Virus record (IMG/VR): IMGVR_UViG_3300045988_162559
Strand: one strand, 5' to 3'
Length of the DNA: 40,956 bases
Source: a virus
Positions 1-7,800 of this stretch are shown piece after piece. A model generated the notes under the pieces. That model was not told the origin of the DNA. It ran no database searches and saw only the letters and a program-made list of their open reading frames with translations. Position 1 is the stretch's first letter; every line of letters begins with the position of its first letter. A program made the position numbers and the translations under genes.

Positions 1-119
1 ATAGAACAAGATGATAATACTTTAATGACTAAAGAAGAATTTATGGAAAATATACCACAAAGTTTTGTACTTATAAATAACTTAGCTAATGAATTAGCTA
101 ATCCAAAGCAAAAAAAAAT
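1..119. repeat. Terminal overlap: 1..119 is identical to 40838..40956 (circular closure of the contig)
   Basis: Base-by-base comparison of both window ends, including the A9 run. An ORF runs continuously across the junction. Confidence 0.95.
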
Positions 120-156
120 TTCAGGAGCGCCTTTACCCAAGCAACAAAGAAGATAA
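1..156 (+). CDS. Tail assembly chaperone (gpG-like), C-terminal part; continuation of 40640..40956 through the circular junction
   Basis: Frame 1 is open from base 1 to TAA at 154..156. It lies between the major tail protein and the tape measure gene, the canonical gpG position. Confidence 0.8.
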   Translation: MEQDDNTLMTKEEFMENIPQSFVLINNLANELANPKQKKISGAPLPKQQRR

Positions 157-365
157 CAGGAGCAAAAAAAATAAAAATACCTAAATTTAAACTAGAGGAC
201 ATAGAGGATTATTATACCTACTATGTCCTTATTTTGGGCATAAGCGAGGATTTATTTTGGAATATAGATATATCTTCTTTAGAAGGTATAGTTGCTAATA
301 AAGTAGCATATGACAACTACATTAGTTATGTAAAACAAAGAGAATTAGAAAGGAGGGGAAGATAA
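111..365 (+). CDS. gpT-like extension of the tail chaperone, reached by a programmed -1 frameshift (gpGT-like product)
   Basis: Slippery A_AAA_AAA at 111..117 in the zero frame. The -1 frame is open from the slip site to TAA at 363..365, which directly abuts the tape measure ATG at 366. Confidence 0.75.
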   Translation, partial: KKNFRSAFTQATKKITGAKKIKIPKFKLEDIEDYYTYYVLILGISEDLFWNIDISSLEGIVANKVAYDNYISYVKQRELERRGR

Positions 366-3035
366 ATGGCAAATAAAACACAGGCACAAATAGAATTTAA
401 AGCTGTAACTTCGGATTTTAGGTCTGGTATAAGAGATATAAGCAAAGATATGACTACTTTTTCGAATGAATTGAGATTAAATGCTACTCAGTTAAAAGGA
501 AATTCAGACGATATAAATCTATTAGAACAAAGACAAAATATATTACAACAACAATATGCAGCATCAAGCCAAAAGGTAGAATTATTAAATCAATCATTAG
601 AACAGGCGAAAAATATACTTGGAGAAAACTCCAATGAATACAGAAATCTTAATAATGAGTTACTTAGAGCACAAACTCAACAACAAGCTATACAAAATGA
701 AATAAATCAAACATCACAAAGACTTAATGATTTAAGAAGTGCAAGTCAAGAAGCTGGACAAGAAATAGGACAGTTAGGAAATGATACAAATTCATTATCT
801 AGATTAACTACAGAAATAGATCAGCAACAACAAGAGTTAAATAGACTAAAAGAAGAATATAAAAATGTAGTATTAGAGCAAGGACAAAGTTCAAATGAAG
901 CTCAGCAATTAGCAAGTAGAATAGGACAGTTATCTAATGATTTAAGGGAAAACCAAAATAGATTGCATGAAGTTAGTAGTGCTGCTGATGAATTAGATAA
1001 CAGTTTAAATGATGCTGCAGATGGAGCACAAGAAGCTGGAAATGCACTAGAAGATGCATTAGCTATAGAAGGTGTAGACGAGTTAACAGATGCATTTAGT
1101 GGAATAGCAGACAGTGTAAAAGAATTTGGATTAGAAGGACAAAGTTCGCTTAATCAATTGCAAGCACAATTAGGGCTTACAAACGATGAAATGGGCGAAT
1201 TTGAAGGAATAATAAATGAAATTTATGCAGATAATTTTGGAGAATCACTATCAGATATAGGCGAGAATATGGCATTGGTACATCAAAACACAGGTTTAGC
1301 AGGAGAGGCGCTAAAACAATGTACAGAAGATGCATATCTTTTAAGTGATGTTTATGAAATTGACATAGCTGATAGTACAAAAGCAGCAGATGCATTAATG
1401 CAGAAGTTTGGACTTACAGCAGATGAAGCATATAATCTTATAGCACAGGGAGCAGAAAGCGGACTTAATAAAAATGATGATTTAATTGATGTAATTACGG
1501 AATATTCTCCTTCTTTTGCTAATGCAGGATATTCAGCTGAGGACATGTTTAATGCTCTTGCAAATGGGGCAGAGACAGGGGCATTTAGTGTAGACAGTTT
1601 AGGTGATGCATTTAAAGAAATGAATATAAGAATTATGGACGGTTCAGCCGATGATTATTTAAAAAAGTTAGGGTTTAATGCTGATGAGTTTCGTGAAAAA
1701 TATGCAAAAGGTGGAGATAGTGCTAAACAAGTCACACAGGAAATGATAGAGCGTTTAAGCAAAATGAAGGATAAGCAAGAACAATATAATGTAGGTGTTG
1801 GTATATTCGGAACAATGTACGAAGATAATGCTGCAGAAGCTATATTTGCGTTAGGAGATCTTAATGGAGAGATAGATAATTCTAGAGACAAATTAGGTGA
1901 AATGAACAAAGTCAAATATAATGACTTAGGAAGTGCACTTGAAGGAACGAAAAGAATATTACTTACAAACTTACAACCTGCGATAAGTGCAGTAACAAGT
2001 GGAATAACAACATTATTACAAAGTTTTGCTAATATGCCTAAACCTGTGCAACTGGTAATAACTGCTGTAGTAGCATTAGGAACGGCTTTTGTAGGAATAA
2101 CAACAGTTATAGGAATGGTTTCATCTGTAGCTGGAATATTTACATCGGGGTGGAGTGTTCTCACCGGGGTATTTGCAGCAGTTAAGACGAGAGTAATTGC
2201 AGCAACAGGTGCTATTGGAGCAATAAGTGCACCAGTTTTAATAGCAATAGGAGTTATAACAGCATTAGTTGCTATTGGTGTACTACTGTATCAAAATTGG
2301 GACACAGTAAAAGCAAAAGCAACAGAGGTTTGGAATGCAGTAAAAGACACTATATCTAATGTGTGGGAAGGAATTAAGAATGTATTTAGTACAGTATTAA
2401 GTGCTATACAAACAGCTATACAAATGTATTTTGATATGTATAAGACAATAATAGTTACTATTATAACTGCAATAAAGACAGTAGTAACAACAGGTTGGAA
2501 CGGAATAAAAGCAGTATTTACTACAGTTTTAAATGCAATTAAGTCAGTAGTATCAAATGCATTTAATGGTATTAAATCTACTATTACAACGATATTAAAT
2601 GCAGCTAGATCAGTTGTATCTAATGTTTGGAATGGAATAAAAAGTGTTGTAAGTAATGTATGTAGCGGTATATCAAGCACTGTATCAAATAAATTTAATT
2701 CAATTAAAAGTACTATATCTAATATAATGAATAGCGCTAAAAGTATAATGAGTAATATTTGGAATGGAATAAAGTCTACTGTAAGTAACGTTTGTGGAGG
2801 TATTACAAGTATAGTTTCTAATAAATTTAATGCAGTGAAAAATACAATATCTAATGTAATGAATAGTGCTAAAAATGTAGTATCAAATGGCATTAGTAAA
2901 ATAAAAGGATTTTTCTCAAATTGTCACTTAAGTTTCCCTAAAATAAAGCTACCTCATTTTTCAATTAGTGGAAAACTTAGTGTAAATCCTCCAAGTGTAC
3001 CCCATTTTAGCGTTAATTATGGCGCGGTAGCTTAG
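366..3035 (+). CDS. Tail tape measure protein, exon 1 (the last few codons of the ORF read into the intron)
   Basis: RBS AGGAGGGG precedes the ATG. Coiled-coil Q/N/E-rich N-terminus, a TP901-type TMP core (ADALMQKFGLT...ITEYSPSFANAGYS), a hydrophobic segment and three 44-aa WNGIK repeats. The ORF ends ...PPSVPHFSVN then YGAVA-stop, which lacks the usual TMP C-terminus. Confidence 0.9.
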   Translation: MANKTQAQIEFKAVTSDFRSGIRDISKDMTTFSNELRLNATQLKGNSDDINLLEQRQNILQQQYAASSQKVELLNQSLEQAKNILGENSNEYRNLNNELLRAQTQQQAIQNEINQTSQRLNDLRSASQEAGQEIGQLGNDTNSLSRLTTEIDQQQQELNRLKEEYKNVVLEQGQSSNEAQQLASRIGQLSNDLRENQNRLHEVSSAADELDNSLNDAADGAQEAGNALEDALAIEGVDELTDAFSGIADSVKEFGLEGQSSLNQLQAQLGLTNDEMGEFEGIINEIYADNFGESLSDIGENMALVHQNTGLAGEALKQCTEDAYLLSDVYEIDIADSTKAADALMQKFGLTADEAYNLIAQGAESGLNKNDDLIDVITEYSPSFANAGYSAEDMFNALANGAETGAFSVDSLGDAFKEMNIRIMDGSADDYLKKLGFNADEFREKYAKGGDSAKQVTQEMIERLSKMKDKQEQYNVGVGIFGTMYEDNAAEAIFALGDLNGEIDNSRDKLGEMNKVKYNDLGSALEGTKRILLTNLQPAISAVTSGITTLLQSFANMPKPVQLVITAVVALGTAFVGITTVIGMVSSVAGIFTSGWSVLTGVFAAVKTRVIAATGAIGAISAPVLIAIGVITALVAIGVLLYQNWDTVKAKATEVWNAVKDTISNVWEGIKNVFSTVLSAIQTAIQMYFDMYKTIIVTIITAIKTVVTTGWNGIKAVFTTVLNAIKSVVSNAFNGIKSTITTILNAARSVVSNVWNGIKSVVSNVCSGISSTVSNKFNSIKSTISNIMNSAKSIMSNIWNGIKSTVSNVCGGITSIVSNKFNAVKNTISNVMNSAKNVVSNGISKIKGFFSNCHLSFPKIKLPHFSISGKLSVNPPSVPHFSVNYGAVA
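2496..2891 (+). repeat. Three tandem 132-nt (44-aa) repeats inside the tape measure gene
   Basis: TGG of the WNGIK motif recurs at 2496, 2628 and 2760. Copies 2 and 3 are very similar (VSNVC[SG]GI[ST]S.VSNKFN..K.TISN.MNSAK). Confidence 0.85.
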
Positions 3036-3832
3036 AAATAAGTTATTAGAATCAACCAAAATCGGTCTGTTTAACAGATATATAATTAATAAATTAAGAA
3101 AGGAATGAAATATATTTATGATATATAGAATATACTGTCTTAAAAATGAATTAGATGAAATTGTTTATGTAGGTCAAACAAACAGAGAATTAAGTGTTAG
3201 ATTAAGTGAACATAAAAGAAGATTTGAAAATAGAAAATATTATACAATACATTTATTAGAAGAAACTACTGATTTAGATAAAGCTAATGAATTAGAAACA
3301 TATTATATTAAAAAATATAACACAGTTGAAAATGGTGAAAATATAACTTATGGAAAAGGTACTAAAAGTTTAGGTGCAAATGAAACTTCTTTTAAAAAAG
3401 GCAATACTTTTTGTAAAATGGGAACTAAAAAAGTAGAATGCATTGAAACTGGGGAAATATTTGATAGTATAACCGAATGTTCAAAAAAACTAAACCTAGA
3501 TGCTTCAAATATTAGTGCTGTTTGTAAAGGTAAAAGAAAGTCGACTGGTAATAAACATTTTAGATTTATTTAATTAATTATAAAGAGAGGCTAAAGCAAT
3601 TTATATTAAAATTGCTATGCTAATACCGAGGTAAACTAAGAAATTAAAAAGTCTTAGTCACTGTAACGCATAGGAGTTGAACCTATGCTTTTTTATTGGA
3701 AAAGTATAGAATAAAAGATTCCCACGAGTGGTTGACACCTTAATATTAAGTTAAAGGTGATGATATATGCTGAACTTATAGGAAACTATAAGAACTATAG
3801 GATAAAAAGCCTATAGGATAACAAATTGCAGT
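3014..3832 (+). mobile_element. Putative group I intron interrupting the tape measure gene (boundaries uncertain by a few nt)
   Basis: The TMP reading frame resumes at 3833 with WYKQGGIMTQPTIFG, and no start codon precedes the WY motif. The insert carries a GIY-YIG ORF flanked by non-coding sequence rich in stem-loops: gcaattt/aaattgc, actaag/cttagt, gcatagg/cctatgc, cttatag/ctataag and ctatagg/cctatag. Confidence 0.6.
3118..3573 (+). CDS. GIY-YIG homing endonuclease (intron-encoded), with a C-terminal NUMOD1/IENR1-like DNA-binding tail
   Basis: N-terminus MIYRIYCLKN...IVYVGQT...RLSEHK...ELETYYIKKYN...GEN fits GIY-YIG. The C-terminal KKVECIETGEIFDSITECSKKLN is typical of I-TevI-like enzymes. 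Confidence 0.8.
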   Translation: MIYRIYCLKNELDEIVYVGQTNRELSVRLSEHKRRFENRKYYTIHLLEETTDLDKANELETYYIKKYNTVENGENITYGKGTKSLGANETSFKKGNTFCKMGTKKVECIETGEIFDSITECSKKLNLDASNISAVCKGKRKSTGNKHFRFI

Positions 3833-4156
3833 TGGTACAAACAAGGCGGGATAATGACACAACCAACTATATTTGGAGTAAATGGTAATACTTTACTTGG
3901 TGGCGGAGAAATGGGAGGTAGAGGAGAGGCTATTCTTCCACTAGATAACTTTTATAATTATTTAGATTCAAAATTAGACAAATTTATTAGTGAAGATAAT
4001 ACAGCAAGTGAAGTCAGAAGGTTATCAAATATAGTTTCAAACTTAGAACTTAAATTAGATATAGATGGTAGAGAATTTACTAGAACTGCAGTAGCACCAA
4101 ATCAAGATGAATTAGATGATTATAATACAACTAGAAATATGAAATTAAAATACTAA
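3833..4156 (+). CDS. Tail tape measure protein, exon 2 (ORF track lists 3854..4156 from an internal Met)
   Basis: The frame is open from 3806. WYKQGGIMTQPTIFG...GEAILPL is the conserved extreme C-terminal TMP motif expected right after ...PHFSV(N) of exon 1. Confidence 0.7.
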   Translation, partial: WYKQGGIMTQPTIFGVNGNTLLGGGEMGGRGEAILPLDNFYNYLDSKLDKFISEDNTASEVRRLSNIVSNLELKLDIDGREFTRTAVAPNQDELDDYNTTRNMKLKY

Positions 4157-4174
4157 ATAAGAAGGAGGGGTAAA

Positions 4175-4885
4175 ATGGAAAAAAAATTAATATTTAATAA
4201 TATTTGTTCAGAAGAATTAGAAATAATAGTTGTTGAAGGCCCTCCAGAAGTGTTGTCAGAAGAAGAATATGAAGAAATAAGTATAGAAGGTAGAAATGGG
4301 ACAGTTACTATAAATAAAGGTACATTTCCAAATATAGAAAAGAGTTTTATTTTAACTACTATAAATTTAGATCAAGACATAAATCTAATGATAGAGAAGG
4401 TTAAAAAATGGTTATTTGATATAAAAGATAATAAATTATTATATTCAATTGAAAATAAATATAACATTGTAAAAAAAGTTATTATTGAGGAAGATATAAA
4501 AACAACATTTGAAGAATTTGGAGACTTTAAAGTTAAATTTATTTGTGAACCTTTTTATTATAATTTATTAGAAAAAAATATAATAGTAACACAAAAACAA
4601 ACGACTATATATAATAGTGGTGATTTTACAAGTGCCCCGAAGATAATTATATACGGAACAGGAGATTTACAGATAACGATTAACGATACTACTGTACAGA
4701 TTAATAATGTTGATGAAAGAGTTTTGCTAGATAGCAAACTTTTTTTATGCCTAGATAAAGATAATAATAATAAAAGTATAGATATGATAGGAAATTTCCC
4801 TTTGTTAGATAAAGGGGAAAATACTATAACATGGATAGGAAGTATAACCAAGTTAGACATAGAACCAAGGACTATTTATAGATAG
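4175..4885 (+). CDS. Distal tail protein (Dit, siphovirus tail family)
   Basis: Sits directly after the TMP and has RBS GGAGGGG. The size (236 aa) and the N-terminal IFNNI.SEELEI...ISIEGRNGT pattern fit Sipho_tail proteins. Confidence 0.7.
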   Translation: MEKKLIFNNICSEELEIIVVEGPPEVLSEEEYEEISIEGRNGTVTINKGTFPNIEKSFILTTINLDQDINLMIEKVKKWLFDIKDNKLLYSIENKYNIVKKVIIEEDIKTTFEEFGDFKVKFICEPFYYNLLEKNIIVTQKQTTIYNSGDFTSAPKIIIYGTGDLQITINDTTVQINNVDERVLLDSKLFLCLDKDNNNKSIDMIGNFPLLDKGENTITWIGSITKLDIEPRTIYR

Positions 4886-4896
4886 GAGGGAGTATT

Positions 4897-7800
4897 ATGA
4901 ATAAAGCAGTTAAAATATGTATTTTCAATAAAAATACTCCTAAAGAAACGGTAATTTTGAGTAATGGTGATGCAATACTTGATAATATTTGTACAAGCTG
5001 CAAAGTTACAGAAAATTTAGATGGGACATATGGATTAGATGCAGAGTTTATAATTGACGATGATGGATTGTGGGAATATCTACAAGAAGAAGCTATATTA
5101 AAAATAAAGGTTGATTATGGAGATGAATATTTCAGGATAACAAAACCAAGAAAAACACGAAATAGAATAATCATATACGCTATACAAGTCACAATATATG
5201 AAACTATTCACTTATGGCTTAATGATGTAAGGCCTACTGGATTAAATGGAACAGCAGCAATAAATTGGATATTAGATGGGGCGGTAGGAGTTAAAGAATT
5301 AGAAGTATATTCTAATATATCTGCATCTAATACTGCTTACTATGAAGATATGAATATGTATAAAGCTATACATGATTGTGATCAATCATTTCTCAACCGC
5401 TGGGGAGGAGAAATACAAAGAAGAGGATATCTTTTAAAAATACTTGATAAAGTAGGAAAAGATAGAGGAGTACAAATAAGGTCATGTAAAAATTTAAAAG
5501 GATTTGAAGCAAATACAGATGTAGATAGTATTACAACTAGAATTAAACCAAAAGGTTATGACGGAATAACCATTAATGGCTTTATAGATAGCCCTATATT
5601 GAATAATTATGCTAGAGCTTATACTAAAGAATTTACTTATAGTGATGTAAAAGTAAAATCTTCAGAGAGTGAAACAGAAGGATTTAACACACTAGAAGAA
5701 GCTCAGGCCGAACTAAAAAGGTTAGCACAATTAGAATATACCGAAAATAATGTAGATATTATCAGTGCGGATTATACTATAGATTTTGTTGATTTAAGTC
5801 AAACTGAAGAATATAAAAACTATATAAAAGCAGAAAAAGTTTATATAGGCGATGAAGTATCAGTTTTTGAAAGTAAATTAAATATAAATGTAGTTGTAAG
5901 AGCAATAGAAAGAAAATACAATGTTTTAACACAGAAAGTAGAAGAAATAAAACTATCAAATAAAGATATAGGTAGAAAATCAATAAATGACGTAATGATT
6001 GATATTTCAAAGGATATAGAAAAGAATGATAATTCAATAGAAAAATGGATACAAAGTTTTATAAATTCAGGAATAAAGGACAGTTATGTATTTTACAATA
6101 AAGAAGAATTAGTTGTATGTGATAGCCCTACTATAGAAGAAGCTATACATGTATGGAGATTCAATAAAAATGGATTAGCACATAGTGCAAATGGATATCA
6201 AGGACCATATGATGTAGCTTTAACAGCAAATGGCCAAATAAATGCAAATATGATTTTAGCGGGTACATTAAAAGGACAGTATATAGATGCTAGAAATATG
6301 GTTATAAAAGATGAAGATGGAAATGTAACCTTTTCAGTAGGTAGTGATGCGATTGTAAGAATGATACAAGGACTTATAGATATTTCAGATGAAGGTATAA
6401 GAATAAACTTACAAGATAGTGAAGGTAATATAGTAGGATATGTTGTATATGACGGTCAAGGAGTTCAAATATTTACAAATGATGATGAGCCAATAAGTTC
6501 ATTCCATAGAGAAGGTTCATATGCTGAAAAGTTTGTTGTAGATAGATTATATTGCCCAGCGGTGGTTCAAGTCGCTGACCTAAATGGGTGTCCTTCAGAC
6601 TGGTATATAGGGGAAACAGCTACAGGAGATAAAACAGGAAGAGACCAAAATAACAAGGCTGACTCACTTAGTACAGTTTTAAGAAATGTAAAAAATTATG
6701 GAACAAAATTTGATGCCAAACTTACAATCCATATAGAAGATGGATGTGTAATAAATGAAAAGGGCTTAGTCCTACAGGACTGTATGGGTACAGTAATTAG
6801 CTTAAAACTTGGGGCAAATGTGGTTATAAATTGTGAATCCTTTAGTATAGAGGACTTATCCAGTAGAATATTTATAGAGTATGTATCAGATAAAAGACTT
6901 GTTGGAGGTGAGATTACTCAAGCTGATTATAATAAGTACCCAATTATTAACTCGACTTCAGATGATTCAGTAATAAGTGTTCGACACGTGGATTATATAG
7001 AAATAAGAGGTATAAGATTTGAGGGAGTTGAGGGAGCTACTGGTATCAAAGGATTAGCAGGAACAAATTTAGTTGTTGATGACTGTGATTTCTTTGGGGT
7101 AGACCAATGTCTAAAAGCAGATGGTAGCTCAAATGTGTCTCTTGGGTGGTGTTCAGGTAATGTTGATAAATTAGCATCAATTTACAATGGTTCAATTTTG
7201 ACTACAAGCAGAAGAATACCGAAATACTCAAATGAAGAAATGGTTTATGTTGCAGAAAATGCGATATTTATTAAAAGTCAATATTCTTATGTTCAATATG
7301 ATACATTGCATAGTTCGAGCGGTTCGTCATCAGGAGGAAGTGGTACTAATTTGAATGATGTATTTTCAATACCGACTTCAAACCTTTACACAATGGTTGA
7401 GGGCACAGGTAAGGTCACTTCAGCTCGTAAAGGTTATACAGGTCAAGGTAAATATAAGACTCTTAAAGCTCATAGAGGTTATATAAAATTACCGATAACT
7501 AGTATACAGTCAGTTATGGCGAATAAAAAATCCTATACATTAAAATTAAAATTAACAAGACTTAAGACAGAGCATGGATATGACTCAAAGACTCCGCATC
7601 CAATATTTAGAGCAACAGGAGGCTCAGCAGGTGCGACTGATTATTGGGACTCAAACGTTAAATTTGCAAGGGGAGAAACTCAAACTCTTACTTTGCCAAC
7701 AAGTATAGTACAAGCAATAGAAAAAGGTGCAGATACATTGGAGTTATGGGCATCAAGTAACCAAGAACAGCAATATGCCTTCTTTGGTGATGTAGTGTTG

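Noticed and set aside
110-118. The A9 homopolymer as a sequencing or assembly error causing a broken gene
   Set aside because: The same run is present in both copies of the terminal overlap. The two frames around it have exactly the gpG/gpGT geometry, so a programmed frameshift site is the better explanation.
1177-2893. Minus-strand ORFs inside the tape measure gene (1177..1395, 1352..1546, 1655..2164, 2291..2893)
   Set aside because: They are antisense to a well-supported long CDS, have no RBS, and give low-complexity L/I/F/V-rich translations generated by the AT-rich repeats. They are treated as spurious.
3854-4156. The 100-aa ORF as an independent gene starting at ATG 3854
   Set aside because: The conserved tape measure motif WYKQGGI lies in frame upstream of that ATG with no start codon. 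Only a weak RBS-like AAGGCGGG is present. It is better explained as exon 2 of the tape measure gene, and the split-gene alternative is kept as the refutation case.
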